Shown here piece by piece: positions 49,639 to 63,496 of a DNA stretch of 64,000 bases (positions within the stretch are counted from its first letter, which is position 1; each line of letters begins with the position of its first letter). The notes beneath the pieces were generated by a model. The model saw only the letters and a list, made by a program, of their open reading frames with translations, ran no database searches and was not told the origin of the DNA. Source of the DNA: Dipteris shenzhenensis (taxonomy: Eukaryota); NCBI GenBank assembly GCA_047967505.1, contig CM106538.1; one strand, written 5' to 3'. The position numbers and the translations under genes are program-made.

Positions 49639-52600
49639 CTCATACTCGTATGGATGAGGGTGACTCTATGTCTGAGCACCTCACTAAACTTTAGGATTTA
49701 TGAGAGCAAATGTTGAATATTGATGAGATCGTTCAAGATTCAGAGATGGCTACTACCACTTTGAATTCTCTTCCTGAGTCTTATCTTGGTTTTCACACCT
49801 CATTAAACTTGTCTTTGAGGGAGGGTGGCAACCCTCTCACCTTTCATGAGTTGATAGGGCTTTTGTTGCAGGAAGAACATGGCTTCACGGGCTAGTGAGC
49901 ATGTCATGCTTTCGAAATTCAAGCCCAAAGGGAAGGGGCAGCACAAGCAGCATGCAAATCAGCCTACACAGCTGATTCTGGACAAACTTCTCACAAGGCT
50001 AAAAATGATGCAGAGAAGCCCAAAAGAAAGGGTGTTTGTCAGTATTGTAAGAAGCCGGGTCACTACATAGGAGAATCCAAGAAACGAATTGCCAAGGAAA
50101 AGAAAAAGGATTCAAGTATGGTTGTCACACATTCAGCTCCTCATGCACATGATGGTGATGCTTCAGCCAACTTACTGAAAGAAGACTATGCCTTTTTTAC
50201 TTGCATTTCTGATTTTCAGGCGGCTGCTCCGGATATTACAGCCACATCTGAGGATGACTCTTATGCTTTTCTAACTTGTAGTTATGATCCTTCTAAGGAT
50301 TCACACGCTTTCAATGTCAATGAGACATTGAATAATTGGCACTTTGATAGTCGTGCCACCAAACATATCAATTGCAGGAAGTGTTTGTTTGATTCTCTGC
50401 ATCTATCACCCACTAGAGAAAGAATGTCTTGTGCAAATGCTTCTCTTATTCAGTTCGTGGTATTGATGAGATTGTACTTACAGCCACAGATGGCACAAAT
50501 TTCAGAATTCATGACATGCTTTATAATCAAGAAGAATTTGCTTTTAGTGTCCTCTCTCAATAAGAGAGGATTTCAGGTTGTCTTTAAAGATGACAAGTGT
50601 GCAGTTCAAGATAGGGAAGATGTTTATGCCTTCAGACTATCTGGCACGCTGTTTCATGGTCTTTTTCAGCTTATGTTTTTTAGAAAAGACCAGATAACGC
50701 ACTTGCAGTTCCTTCTCCCACTATTGCTATGCAAAATGTGGAGTTATGGCATGCTAGATATGGGCATATGAGTTATGGCAGCTTGATGACACTTCAAAAA
50801 CATTCTATGGTTGATGCTTTGCCTCCCTTGGAGTCACCTCCCCCTCATGCCTGTGAAGGGTGCATACGTGGGAAGATGCACGGGTTTCCCTTCAAAAAGG
50901 AGGGTGTAGTGCGAGCTATTCGAAAATTACAGCTTATTCATAGTGATGTTTGTGGTCCCATGAGGACTCCTGCATTGGGTGGTTATCTCTCTTATGTCAC
51001 ATTTATTGATGACTACTCAAACTACACTAGGGTTTATGGTTTAAAGAAAAAATCAGATGTGTTTAAGCATTTTTGACACTTTGTGGCAAAGGTTGAGAAT
51101 GAAATTGTTGGGTATAGTGTAGAGAGCAAAGGTTACATCTCTACAATCCTGCTTCACACAAGATTTTTGTCAACAGAGATGTAATATTTTCAGAAAATTC
51201 AGCACATACACAAGCTGAATTTAATGTGCCAACTTCTTCTAGATCAGATGATGTTTTTGAGGGATTACTACCCATTGCTTTAGGTTCCGCATATGACATT
51301 CCTACTGAAAATCAGCATTTACAGCAAGCTCCTCCTATTCCACATGCTCCGATTCAGCCACAAGCTGATTTAGTTTCTCCACAGGCAGTGGAAGATGCTA
51401 TCATGCAAGAGATTACAGAAATACACTCAGCCAAAACTATTCCAAATTGGCTACTCCAAACTCTCAAGAAGAGTAGACTGGCAGAACTCCTAGTGCAGCA
51501 AGGCACGAAAGGGGGGCTCTTTCTGTTGAATCAGCTTATGCAGGTACTCTTTTTGATGAGGAAGAGCCTCATACTTTTGAAGAAGCTAAGGACAATGTGC
51601 ATTGGATGCAAGCCATGCAAGATGAGTTGCAATCTATTGAGAAAAATCAAACCTGGAATCTTGTAGATTTGCCACCAAGAAAGAATGCCATAGGTACCAC
51701 ATGGGTTTTCAAAGTAAAAAGGAAGTCAGATGGGTCCATTGACAGGTACAAGGCACGGCTAGTTGCAAAAGGCTATGCTCAAAAGAAGGGCATTGATTAT
51801 GAGGAGACATTTGCTCCTACTTCCAAGATGACCACTATCAGATCAGTTATTGCTATGGCTGCACATTTTGATTGGAATGTTCATCAGTTGGACATAAAAA
51901 CAGCTTTTCTTAATGGAGACTTGTTGGAAGAGGTGTATGTCAAACAACCTCCTGGCTTTGAAATTTCAGGTAATGCACATAAAGTTTACAAGCTGAATAA
52001 AGCTTTGTATGGGCTGAAACAAGACCTACGTGCATGGTACTCCAAGATTGATGCCTTTCTGACCAGCAAGGGGCTTCATAACAGTCCAATTGAAAGTACC
52101 TCCACATCAGGAAGGATGGGGGGGATATTTTGGTCATCATTCTTTATGTAGATGACATGCTGCTTACAAGGTCACATGCATAACAAATTGCAAATTTCAA
52201 AGCTAAATTGAAAGCTACATTTGACATGTCAAATTTTGGCATGTTACATTTTTATTTCGGGATCCAATTTTTACAAGAGAGACGTGGGGTTATTATGTCT
52301 CAATCCAAGTATGTGCAAAAGCTCTTGGGTCGGTTCAACATGCAAGATTGCAAGCCTACAGCCACTCCCGATATTCAATTTACAGTATCACACGTGAGCA
52401 GGTATATGCACAGCCCAAAGACAACACATTGGCAAGCTATAAAATGCATCTTCCGTTACTTGCAAGGCACAAAGTCTTATGGCTTGATGTTTCCCAAGGG
52501 AGTGACTTGCATATGCATGCTTGCAGTGCTTCAAATTGGGCTAGAGATTATGACACTAGGCAGTCCACAAGTGGTAATTGTTTCTTTTAGGGACATGCTT

Positions 52601-53010
52601 GCATTTCTTGGCTAAGTAAGAAACAATCTATTGTGGCTACTTCCTCATGTGAAGCTGAGTATAGGGCAACTTTCACAGCAAAAGTTGAATGTGTGTGGTT
52701 ACGCCGCTTATTTGCTGATCTTCATCTATCATTGGAAGGTCCTTCTCCAATTCTCACTGATAGTCAGAGTGCTATAGCAATTGCAAAGAATCCTATGTTT
52801 CATGCTCGCACAAAGCACATTGAGGTTCATTATCACTACGTCAGAGAGAAGTTGCATGCAAGGGAGATTAGTATGATCTATGTCTCCACACATGACAATG
52901 TTGCACTCCATACATGACAATGTTGCAGACATCTTCACCAAAGCACTTCCACGTGAGAAGTTTGAGGCATTTCGCAATGCCTTGAACTTATCTCCTTTTG
53001 GTAATTGATC
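49639..53010 (+). pseudogene. Element D gag 3' part, PR, deleted IN, RT, RH (degenerate)
   Basis: WHFDSRATKH, HSDVCGP, YKARLVAKGY, KHIEVHYHYVRE; colinear with F; integrase core deletion near 51105. Confidence 0.92.
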
Positions 53011-53859
53011 TTTTCCTTGTACATCATCACATTCGCACTGCAGGGGGGTGTTGGAATATCGCCATAATTCAAGGCAGTGACCAATGTATGGTCAATGAGT
53101 GAGTCAGGGGCACTTCTCCCTCATTAGAGGTTTTTCCCCCTAACAACAATTAGGATCCCTAACTACGGTTAGTGGATAGGATAAGGTTTTGTCACTTAGA
53201 CAAAACCTTCTCCTTTTGTACGTTCTTTCTATCTCTCTTATTCAGTATGTTTTGTATGGCTTGCTCTCCATCTCTCATTTTCTACAACCGAGCTGGAGGG
53301 TAATAAACAGCCTATGGATTCACGTCAACGACTGAATTAAAACTGTCCACAGCTCTCCCTTCTCCAAAGCTCTCCCTCTCTCTCCCTCTCTCTGAACAAA
53401 CACTAGGGCCCACGACAAATTGTCGGGCTGGACCCCCCCGAAGGTCTTTATTACTTTCAGAAAAACTGTTACAAAAGTTCAGCAGGAAGCTGTCTCGTAA
53501 GTCTCTCCTCATACGTGAAAAGAAATCCTTCTTTACAAGGGCTTCAAACCCCATTCAAATTGGCAACATGCCACTTGTCTACAATCTAGACTAACTCTTA
53601 TTACAAGCCACTTAGGGCCATTCTGGAGTCTTCAAAGCTCTCGGTCACACGAACCGCTTCCTAGGTGCTTGTCAGGCTCCCATTTCGCTTAGGAAAAATA
53701 ATCCTTCTAGTACCTGCAACAATTAATTAAAGCGCACCACCATGGTACCCATTAATTGTTAGCACTTTGCATGCAAATAACACACTGTGGACTAATCCTA
53801 GTCACGGTGGGCGTCCCCACTGAACACATGTGCACATCTAAACAAATATATATATATTC

Positions 53860-54175
53860 TCTGGTTGACCGAGGTCAACACTCTTGATTATAATTAAAGA
53901 GCTTCGACCAAAGGTCAAGGCGCCTTAATTATAGCCAAGTCTCTCCAACCGGAGTTGGCACATCTTGGTTAACCGGGGTTAACCCTCTTGGCGCAGGCCA
54001 AGTCTTGTTGACCGAAGTCAACATTCTCTGACCGTAGTCAGGTTTACTTGACTGGAGTCAAGTATCTTTGACCGTAGTCAATCCTTTGACCATTAAAATG
54101 ACTCTTCGACCGTAATTAACACATATAACATTCTTTAATTAAGATCAAATAAATGGTCAACTGTACTTTGACTTA
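53860..54175. promoter_or_regulatory. W-box (TTGACY) cluster in U3 of the G LTR (also about 60815-61132)
   Basis: Roughly a dozen TTGACC/TTGACT or reverse-complement words in about 310 bp; function inferred. Confidence 0.5.
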
Positions 54176-54209
54176 GGATATTTACATTGTGGTGACATCC
54201 CCTCGGCTT

Positions 54210-57200
54210 CTATTCAGTTGACCTCAACTGAAAAGCTTCCTTGTAAACATCCAAAAGCTGTGGATGATCGGATAACATGTCTTCGTCCATCCACTTGGCA
54301 TCTAATGCCGTATAATTCTTGAATTTTACAAGATACCTGTAAAATTCCTTACCCTGAGGGCCTTTACGTACAGTATGGTACACAATTTGCTCTGGCTGAA
54401 GGACTTCCTCCAGCTCATCCACTTCTGGTGGATCTTCTGATACTGGTTCTGTAGGCTCTGGTCCTTGAAATTTCTTTAGAAGACTCACATGGAATGCATT
54501 GTGAATCCTCCAATGCTCTGGCAATGCTAATCTGTATGCAACCTCATTTATTCTTTCTGTAATCCTGAAAGGGCCATAGTATCTGGGAGATAACTTTGCA
54601 TACACTTTGTGTTTGCCTTTAAACTTGCGGAGCCTAGCTTTTTCAAACTTTAAAAGTATCCAGTCCCCTTCCTTGAGATCTAGCTGTCTCCTATGTTTAT
54701 CTGCAGCCCTTTTATGTTTCTCTTGAGACCTTTCAATTGCTGTCCGGACTTGGCTGTAAGCTGTCTGGAGGTCTCTTACAAACTGATCAGCTGCAAATAT
54801 TTCATCTTTAGTCCTTAATATAGGTGGCAAAATCACCTTCCCATATATGACTTCAAAAGGGGCTTTCCCTGTAGAGCTATGTACTGTATTATTGTAAGCA
54901 AACTCTACTAAGGGTAGGTACTTTTCCCAGTCTGAACTCTGGTCACCCACGTAGCATTTCAGCATATCCAAAATGGTAGAATTTGCTACTTCACTTTGAC
55001 CATCTGTCTGGGGATGGAAAGAAGAAGAAAAATTCAGATTCGTCCCCATGTTATCAAATAAAGCTCTCCAGAATAGACTGGTCATTCTGGGGTCTCGATC
55101 ACTAACAATGGACTTAGGCATACCATGATGTTTAAAGATCTGTGCCATGAACAGCTTAGCCATATGATCTGCCTTTATGGTTTTGCGAACCGGAATGAAA
55201 TGAGCTTGCTTGCTGAATCTATCAATGATAGTCCAGATCCCATCATTCCCTGACTTTGATCTCGGCAAATCAAAAATAAAGTCCATTGTAATATTTTCCC
55301 ATGGTGCCTGAGGCACGGGAAGAGGCATAAGTAGGCCAGGTGCCTTCTGTCTATCATACTTGATTTTCTGACACGTAAGGCATTCAGTAACAAACTGATG
55401 TATATCTTTCCGCATTCCTGGCCAAAAGAAATACCTCTCTAGTGCTAGAGTTGTTGCTGTAATTCCTCTGTGTCCAGCATAGGGAGGTGCATGGCATTCC
55501 CCCAAAATCTTTTTCCTCATCTCCTGGGTGATGCATAGGCAATCATCTTTCATTAAATACCCATCTTTCAGGGAATAGTGACTGGTGGATTGCCCTTCTT
55601 GCATCTGCTGTAAAATTTCACCAAAATCAGAATCATGAGCATATTGTTCCCTCATGTCTTCCAGGTCCTGATGATAAGCAATAGTTACATTATTGACCTG
55701 GGGTCTTCGGGACAAGGCATCTGCCACTCTGTTCCGAATTCCTGGAGTATGGACAATCTGAAAATGGTACATTGACAGCATGTTTGCCCATTTCATATGC
55801 TTCTCTGAAAGCTTGGTCTGAGTTAAAAAGTATTTCAGACTTTGGTGATCTGTTTTGACAGTAAAATCTGCACCCAAAAGATAGTGTTTCCATGTATGGA
55901 TAGCATGAATTACAGCCAATAACTCTTTCTCATAGATTCCTAAATATCTTTCCGCATCCCGAAGTCGTCTGCTTTCATAGGCTACTACATGACCATTCTG
56001 ATGCAATGCAGCCCCAACACATTCTCCACAAGCATCGCAATCCACATCAAAAGACTGATACAGATCCGGAACTACCAGAATAGGCTCTGTAGTCAACTTT
56101 TCCTTGAGTGTATTGAATGCTTTCTTCTGTGATAATCCCCATGTGAAAGCTGCATTTTTCTTAGTGAGGTCATGTAACGGAGCTGCGATATCAGCAAAGT
56201 GTCTGATAAATCTTCTGTAGTAAGAACACAAGCCTAAGAAGCTTCGAACTTCATGCACAGTTTTCAGCTCTGGCCATTCTTGAATGGCACGGATCTTCGC
56301 TGGATCCATTTGTATCCCATTCTTGGATATTATATGCCCCAGATAATGGATTTCTTCCAAGAAGAACTCACTTTTCTTGCTGTTTGCATAGAGCTGATGA
56401 TTTCTCAGCTCTTGAAACACTATAGCAAGATGTTCTCTGTGGTCTTCCTCTGTCTTAGAGAAAACTAAGATATCATCAAAGAAAGTACCAGTAAAATGCC
56501 TGTACTTCCGGAAGATGCGATCCATCATTATGTTAAATGTGGCTGGAGCATTTGTCAATCCAAAAGGCATCACTAAGTATTCATACAACCCGAATGTTGT
56601 GCGGAATGCTGTCTTATGCACATCCTGAGGCTGTATCCTCACTTGGTGGTAGCCACTCTTCAAGTCTATCCTGCTGAAAACTGAAGCTCCATTTAACTGA
56701 TCCAAGACATCATCAATACGCGGAATAGGGAATCTATTCTTGATGGTCATTTTGTTCAGTGCGCGATAATCAACACACATACGGAATGAACCATCTTTCT
56801 TCTGTACTAACAGTACAGGGGAACAAAAAGGAGACGAGCTGGGCTGAATCAAGCCTTTGGACAACAAGTCCTGTACTTGAGCCATAATCTCCTCTCTCTG
56901 AGTCGCACTGACTCTATAAGGGGGTCTGTTTGGTGGCTCACTACCAGGCATTAACTCTATCTGATGATCTTCTGGTCTCTCTGGGGGTAACTCCCCTGGC
57001 AAAACATCAGAAAAGCAATCTTTAAAGTTTACCAAAAACTGAAACTTATCTTTGTCTGCATCATTCATTTCAGCATGCATATCAGTCTCTTTTTCTTTTA
57101 CAAAAACCATGTACGCAGAAATTGCAGACTTTATTGCTTTACCGCATGAAACATCAGATACAATGGGGATAGTGTCCCCTTTATTCCTGGCAATTACACG

Positions 57201-58874
57201 CTGATTTTTCCCCCTATGTACAAATTCCAGCACTCTTTCAGGAAGAGTCAACTTCACTGCCTTGCGGTGAAACCAAGGCATCCCCAAAACTACATCATAA
57301 TGTTTCAGTGGAGAAATGAAGAAGTCTTCCTGATCCACATAACTTTGAACATGTAGACGGAGTTTCCCTATCAAGGGAGTAACTGGCACAGGATTCCCAC
57401 AAAACATTTGATCGGCATCCAAAGCCCTGCCTAACTCTTCCGTCTTTATTCCCAGCCTCAGGGCTAGATCCTCTGATATGAAATTATCAGTAGCCCCTGG
57501 ATCAAATAAAATTAGCGCTTGCTGGTCTCTAACTTTGCCCCATGATAGCAGCAATTCTCGTTCTTCTGGGTTCAAAGCATGACCCAGTATATCAGGAATA
57601 CCCCCCGCCATTGGCTTTTGCGGTCCTCGTGGCTTCTCTGCCTCTTTTCCCTTCGATGATGAAGGCTTTTCTGGGCACTGGGCAGCCACATGCCCCTCTT
57701 TACCGCACCTGAAGCATTTCCCATCTCTACGGAATTCCGCTATCTGTTCAGGGGTAAAAATAGATTTGCCTTTATAGGTCTTTGAGAACTGAGTACCCCT
57801 CGGCTTCTGAGGCTGAAACCCTTTCTTTTCAGCCTTAGGGGACTCTTTCTTTTCTGATTTTATGAAATCAGATTTCTTTTTATCAGCACGTCCTGCATGC
57901 AAGGATGGCACTGTAGATGGATCTTGTAGCGGTACAAGACTCGCTACTGAGGCTGAATGCATAAGATCTTGAATATTCTTTGCCCCCAAAGCATTCACTA
58001 CTGCCTGAATTCTTGGAGTGAGACCTGCTCTGTACTTTCTCATCTGGGTACCTTTGGAGATCTTTTTGAACGGTGCAACCTGCAAATAAGCATCCCAGAA
58101 CTTTTGGTTGTACCCATCTACTGTATCTCCTGCATCCATGTGCAAGCTATCCCAGTCTTGAAGAACATGGTCTCTGAACTGTTTAGGCATGAACTGCTGG
58201 TAGAAGGCTTTCTTGAAGCCCTTCCACTTTCTTGGGGCTGACCCATCTGTAGTCAGTGCACTCCACCATGCACTAGCCGTTGCTGTTAAGTGTAAGCTGA
58301 CCATTCTTAATTTGGAGGATTCTGAAAATTTCTCTGTACCGAATGCAGCATCAAACTGTCTGATAAACTGCAATGCTTTGTCTGTATGACCATACTGTCC
58401 ATTGTAGGTCATAAACTTGACAGATTTTCCTCCCTCTTTAAATTCCCTGGTCGCTTTGGAAGACTTTCTCTTCCCAGACTTCTCGTGTTTCCTTCTTTTC
58501 CTGGATGGTTTATCTGATAAGGAAGAAGAAGACACAGAAGTCGAACTCGAGGTAGACGGTGATGGACTAGGAGATCGGTGATGACGCCTCGATCTCTTTT
58601 TACTATGGGACCGTCTCCTATGAGATCTATGAGATCTCTCTCTCTCAGACTGTACACGGGAGTGTGCCTCTGGCATTGGCACGTCATATACTGGATTAGG
58701 CATAGCCTCTGCTGGAAACAAATGCTGAGCCCTGGGATCCCTTTTAAGATTTTCCAGCTCTTGTATACGAGTGCGTACCATTTGTTCAAATTCCTGTTGA
58801 GTTTGTGGCACATTCCTCTGTCTTGGATGCACATCCCTATCTTGAGAATCCCACTGGATAGGTGATTGATCCAT
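54210..58874 (-). CDS. Element G gag-pol polyprotein, 1554 aa (gag-PR-RT-RH-IN-chromodomain)
   Basis: Single open frame; [56 protein letters not shown]...AKW. Confidence 0.97.
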   Translation of the reverse strand: MDQSPIQWDSQDRDVHPRQRNVPQTQQEFEQMVRTRIQELENLKRDPRAQHLFPAEAMPNPVYDVPMPEAHSRVQSERERSHRSHRRRSHSKKRSRRHHRSPSPSPSTSSSTSVSSSSLSDKPSRKRRKHEKSGKRKSSKATREFKEGGKSVKFMTYNGQYGHTDKALQFIRQFDAAFGTEKFSESSKLRMVSLHLTATASAWWSALTTDGSAPRKWKGFKKAFYQQFMPKQFRDHVLQDWDSLHMDAGDTVDGYNQKFWDAYLQVAPFKKISKGTQMRKYRAGLTPRIQAVVNALGAKNIQDLMHSASVASLVPLQDPSTVPSLHAGRADKKKSDFIKSEKKESPKAEKKGFQPQKPRGTQFSKTYKGKSIFTPEQIAEFRRDGKCFRCGKEGHVAAQCPEKPSSSKGKEAEKPRGPQKPMAGGIPDILGHALNPEERELLLSWGKVRDQQALILFDPGATDNFISEDLALRLGIKTEELGRALDADQMFCGNPVPVTPLIGKLRLHVQSYVDQEDFFISPLKHYDVVLGMPWFHRKAVKLTLPERVLEFVHRGKNQRVIARNKGDTIPIVSDVSCGKAIKSAISAYMVFVKEKETDMHAEMNDADKDKFQFLVNFKDCFSDVLPGELPPERPEDHQIELMPGSEPPNRPPYRVSATQREEIMAQVQDLLSKGLIQPSSSPFCSPVLLVQKKDGSFRMCVDYRALNKMTIKNRFPIPRIDDVLDQLNGASVFSRIDLKSGYHQVRIQPQDVHKTAFRTTFGLYEYLVMPFGLTNAPATFNIMMDRIFRKYRHFTGTFFDDILVFSKTEEDHREHLAIVFQELRNHQLYANSKKSEFFLEEIHYLGHIISKNGIQMDPAKIRAIQEWPELKTVHEVRSFLGLCSYYRRFIRHFADIAAPLHDLTKKNAAFTWGLSQKKAFNTLKEKLTTEPILVVPDLYQSFDVDCDACGECVGAALHQNGHVVAYESRRLRDAERYLGIYEKELLAVIHAIHTWKHYLLGADFTVKTDHQSLKYFLTQTKLSEKHMKWANMLSMYHFQIVHTPGIRNRVADALSRRPQVNNVTIAYHQDLEDMREQYAHDSDFGEILQQMQEGQSTSHYSLKDGYLMKDDCLCITQEMRKKILGECHAPPYAGHRGITATTLALERYFFWPGMRKDIHQFVTECLTCQKIKYDRQKAPGLLMPLPVPQAPWENITMDFIFDLPRSKSGNDGIWTIIDRFSKQAHFIPVRKTIKADHMAKLFMAQIFKHHGMPKSIVSDRDPRMTSLFWRALFDNMGTNLNFSSSFHPQTDGQSEVANSTILDMLKCYVGDQSSDWEKYLPLVEFAYNNTVHSSTGKAPFEVIYGKVILPPILRTKDEIFAADQFVRDLQTAYSQVRTAIERSQEKHKRAADKHRRQLDLKEGDWILLKFEKARLRKFKGKHKVYAKLSPRYYGPFRITERINEVAYRLALPEHWRIHNAFHVSLLKKFQGPEPTEPVSEDPPEVDELEEVLQPEQIVYHTVRKGPQGKEFYRYLVKFKNYTALDAKWMDEDMLSDHPQLLDVYKEAFQLRSTE

Positions 58875-59559
58875 ATTCTGAGATCTGCAGATTTTCTCAC
58901 ACAGTGCAAGTAACTAAGGCACACTACCTTTGCTTTTCCAACAGAAAAGGGTACCTCAACAAGAGGTGTTTTGCATTCACAATCTATGCCAGTACTGGCT
59001 GTCAGTTCAAGGCATGTACCCACACAGTTGCCAAAGCATCATCAACTATGTTGCCCTTTTCTGGCTGCTGCAGATGGCTTCAAAAGGCATCTGTTTTTTT
59101 TTTTTCCCTCTTTTTACTGTTCAAAGGCATGCATTCTCCTTTTTCTGCAAATCTCTGTTTTCTCTGCTTTTCTCTGGTTTTCTGCTACTTTTCTGACAGT
59201 AAAAGTCTGACAGGCAGGTGAAAATTAATAACCAAAACTGTCTCTGCAACTGTCTCTCTTTTTTTTTTTTTTTTTTTTTTGTTGAAAACAGTAACCAGAT
59301 AAGTAACTACTGGTTACTCTAACCGACTGTCTGGTTCTGGTCTGGTTAGTCTGCAACTAGACTAACTGGACTGGTTACACCAACCAAACTGGTCTGGTTA
59401 GGCCAGCTTAACTGAACCAAAGTTGAACTAACTGGATACTGGTTCAACTAACCAGAGTTAACTGACTGCGGTTGACTTAACCAGGGTTTCACTAACCACG
59501 GGTCTACCAACCAGGGTTTAACTTTACCAGGATTAACTTAACCACTGGTCTGCCAGGCT

Positions 59560-59765
59560 GGCTGCCACGTGTCAGTGCCATGTCAGCATCTGAGCTGTCT
59601 GCCACCTGTACTGCGCCACGTCAGCGCCACGTGTCCTGTGCCACGTGTCCTGCCACGTCATCTGGTGCACTGTGTACCTGCTGGCTGCCACGTCAGCATC
59701 GCGTCAGCACCACGTGTCAGATCTGCCACGTCAGCAGAGATGACATCAGCGCTCCACGTCAGCCT
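59560..59765. promoter_or_regulatory. CCACGT (G-box/ABRE-like) repeat array in the G leader
   Basis: About nine CCACGTG/CCACGTCA words in 200 bp; function inferred. Confidence 0.45.
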
Positions 59766-60782
59766 CAGCGCAGCACCCACCTGCGTGGAGGTGTGTTAGC
59801 GCTGTTCTCTGGTGAAGGCGCGTCAGGTCCCGTCTCAAGGAACAAAGCCTCTGTCGACCAGCGTAGCTCTTCGTCGTCATTCACCAGCTGACACCCCCGC
59901 GCTTGCCTTTGAGATCATCAGCAGAAGATTGCCTTCCCGATTTCCATTGTTCGTCCTTTTGCATTTACAGGACCCCTTCCTTTGCCGTTCACGATGGCTC
60001 ATGGAATCTCTCCTTAGCTTCCTTTAGGAATTCCATCACATAATTACCCAGCAAGACACGACGCTGCTTGGGCTCTTGCCTAAAAAAAAGAGTTGCACTT
60101 CCGGTAGGGCAATATGTTTAGCCAGACTTGCCGCCGTATGCATAAACACTCGCTTGCTCCTCTTTATTCCAACACTTTGAATCGTCAAAAACTTCAGTAA
60201 GTTTTTGAGCCTCGGCTCTGATACCAATACAACCGAGCTGGAGGGTAATAAACAGCCTATGGATTCACGTCAACGACTGAATTAAAACTGTCCACAGCTC
60301 TCCCTCTCTCTCCCTCTCTCTGAACAAACACTAGGGCCCAGGACAAATTGTCGGGCTGGACCCCCCCGAAGGTCTTTATTACTTTCAGAAAAACTGTTAC
60401 AAAAGTTCAGCAGGAAGCTGTCTCGTAAGTCTCTCCTCATACGTGAAAAGAAATCCTTCTTTACAAGGGCTTCAAACCCCATTCAAATTGGCAACATGCC
60501 ACTTGTCTACAATCTAGACTAACTCTTATTACAAGCCACTTAGGGCCATTCTGGAGTCTTCAAAGCTCTCGGTCACACGAACCGCTTCCTAGGTGCTTGT
60601 CAGGCTCCCATTTCGCTTAGGAAAATTCGCTTAGGAAAAATAATCCTTCTAGTACCTGCAACAATTAATTAAAGCGCACCACCATGGTACCCATTAATTG
60701 TTAGCACTTTGCATGCAAATAACACACTGTGGACTAATCCTAGTCACGGTGGGCGTCCCCACTGAACACATGTGCACATCTA

Positions 60783-60813
<31 letters not shown>

Positions 60814-61494
60814 TCTCTGGTTGACCGAGGTCAACACTCTTGATTATAATTAAAGAGCTTCGACCAAAGGTCAAGGCGCCTTAATTATAGCCAAGTCTCT
60901 CCAACCGGAGTTGGCACATCTTGGTTAACCGGGGTTAACCCTCTTGGCGCAGGCCAAGTCTTGTTGACCGAAGTCAACATTCTCTGACCGTAGTCAGGTT
61001 TACTTGACTGGAGTCAAGTATCTTTGACCGTAGTCAATCCTTTGACCATTAAAATGACTCTTCGACCGTAATTAACACATATAACATTCTTTAATTAAGA
61101 TCAAATAAATGGTCAACTGTACTTTGACTTAGGATATTTACATTGTGGTGACATTTTCCTTCATGGTAGCGCGGCACTTGGGAAGCATAAGCGCTGGTAG
61201 GGGGGGGGGAGAGAGAGAGAGAGAGAGAGAGAGAGATGTTTGTGAGCAGCTTTTTGGCTCCTTTTTGCTGTTTCTGGCTCGTTTTTGCATGCACAACAGC
61301 AATCTGGTTGTCCGTAGAGTTTATGCATGAGCTTCAACTATTCTGGAGCAGCACCAAGCTGTCCATACACTTTTGGTACTGATTCGCTGTTCAGAACAGC
61401 AGCGCCAAGCTGTAACAGGCTGCAGAGAATTGGAATTTTCTGGCAGACTCTGCATGCAGGCACATGCAGAGGTAATGACAACCCAACTATCATG

Positions 61495-61760
61495 ACCACA
61501 TTCGTGCTACCCTTGTGGAGATGTATCTTCGAGGGAAGCGCCTTTTGTGGTGGCGGGATTTAAAGGAAAAGCCTTCTGCTCTTACAACTTTGAACAAATT
61601 CTGTGAGGCCTTCACAAAAGAATTCCTTCTCGAGCCAAACGAGTTTGCCAATTTTCGGAAGGTTCAAATCCTAAATAAGGCTGGAAAGCCCTTGGAGTCC
61701 TTCAACCAAAAGTTCAGGACAAGATAGGGCGTAGTAAGTTCAAGATACTCAATCGAGCAG
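61495..61760 (+). mobile_element. Decayed gypsy gag fragment
   Basis: YLRGKRLLWWRDL...FCEAFTKEFL, similar to C gag. Confidence 0.65.
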
Positions 61761-61918
61761 CCCACTTTGTGAAGGTCCATGATAGCACCCTGGCACATGA
61801 GGACGAGGAAAAGCTTCGACAGCCGGTCAAAGTGGAAGGCCTAAGAAGAACAAAAACAGAAACCACCAAGCCGGCAACTCCAATATCAAGTCTGAAAAGG
61901 CTAAGCAGACTTCAGGCC

Positions 61919-63496
61919 TGACACACGCAAATCTGTTGTGCCGCTGTTCTTTCTCCAATCACGGGCATAGGCACATTGATTGTCCTCCCAGCCAACCTCG
62001 GTGGTTGCAAGCTCTCCAAAGAAATCAACTATTACATGAAGCTCATGCTTACAAAATTCCACCAAGCCCCAAAATTCCCTAGATGGATCTAGTATGCCAC
62101 ATGTCTTCATTCTAGGGTCCCTCCTTAATGCATCATTTACCCCTCTCTTGGGATATCATTGAAACCATTTGCCCCTAGGCACATTTAATGCATTTAGGTC
62201 CCTTTAGCCTTAGATCCACCTAGTCTAGTGCCATATCACCCTCACCTAGGACCTTGACCTTGATTCCTTTTTTGATCATTTACATGAAGCCCAAAGAAAT
62301 ATAATACAAACAGTGATCCTTTAAAGGAAAATGTCGACTGACTCTTCCGAGGTCATGTTACCTCAACTTGAGCGTAACATTCCTTCCCTCTTCAAGCATC
62401 AGCGTCCTCGATGATAAAGTTTGGGAACACTCTCCGTAACTGGTATACGGATTCCCAGGTAGCTTCTGATAGAGGAAGACCATGCCATGCAACCAACACC
62501 GTGAGTATCTTCCGATTGCGTAATTGCATTGTTCCTTGGTCCAGGATTCTTGTTGGTTTGCGTCTTGCATTATCCTCTATCTCCTTAAACAAAACAACAC
62601 CCTCAATTAGTGAGTCACCTGTATGCAAAATTTTCTTTAAACGAGAAACATGAAACACTGGGTGCACCTTACAACCCTGTGGCAATTCTAATTTATAGAC
62701 TACCTTGCCTATTCTTTTCTCTCGCTTCAAGACACCGTTTCAATGCTCACGTTCACAACGAAGGCACAAGACCTGGGCTTAACTACTCTCCAAAATTGCT
62801 CCGTGATAAACGTAATTAAAAGGAATACCAGTGTGGTCAATCCGATGATGAAGAAGACTGATCTACGTAACTATTGTAACTCACGGACTTTGCACAGCAA
62901 TTGAACCCCCCCAGCCTTCAGTACTAACCAAATTATTAACCTGTGACTGTACACAATCCAGATATCATGGACAGACAACACAACGCCATCCACCTCCCCC
63001 CTTTTCCCAATCGCCTGCCTGGCTCTGATACCAAATGACACACGCAAATCTGTTGTGCCGCTGTTCTTTCTCCAATCACGGGCATAGGCACATTGATTGT
63101 CCTCCCAGCCAACCTCGGTGGTTGCAAGCTCTCCTAAAAAATCAACTATTACGTGAACCTCCTGCTTACAAAATTCCACCAAGCCCCAAAATTCCCTAGA
63201 TGGATCTAGTATGCCACATGTCTTCATTCTAGGGTCCCTCCTTAATGCATCATTTACCCCTCTCTTGGGATATCATTGAAACCATTTGCCCCTAGGCACA
63301 TTTAATGCATTTAGGTCCCTTTAGCCTTAGATCCACCTAGTCTAGTGCCATATCATCCTCACCTAGGACCTTGACCTTGATTCCTTTTTTGATCATTTAC
63401 ATGAAGCCCAAAGAAATATAATACAAGCATTGATCCTTTAAAGGAAAATGTCGACTGACCCTTCCAAGGTCATGTTACCTCAACTTGAGCGTAACA
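61919..63496 (-). mobile_element. Miniature (internally deleted) chromovirus H
   Basis: 461-bp TG..CA LTRs 61919-62379 and 63036-63496, tRNA-iMet PBS 63022-63033, PPT, perfect TSD AGGCC, 656-bp interior. Confidence 0.95.
62392..62715 (-). pseudogene. Integrase C-terminus plus chromodomain retained in H
   Basis: YKLELP...VHPVFHVSRLKK...VLVAWHGLPLSEATWE. Confidence 0.9.

Larger units (their letters stand above)
53283..61153 (-). mobile_element. Young intact Ty3/gypsy chromovirus G inserted in the 3' LTR of D
   Basis: LTRs 53283-54197 and 60228-61153, nearly identical; PBS 60215-60226; PPT 54198-54210; perfect TSD TTTTC. Confidence 0.97.
36661..61163 (+). mobile_element. Ty1/copia element D (hosts E, F, G)
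   Basis: 5' LTR 36661-36887, PBS TGGTATCAGAGC at 36890, PPT 53040-53048, 3' LTR 53049-53282 plus 61159-61163; perfect TSD TGGTA. Confidence 0.93.
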
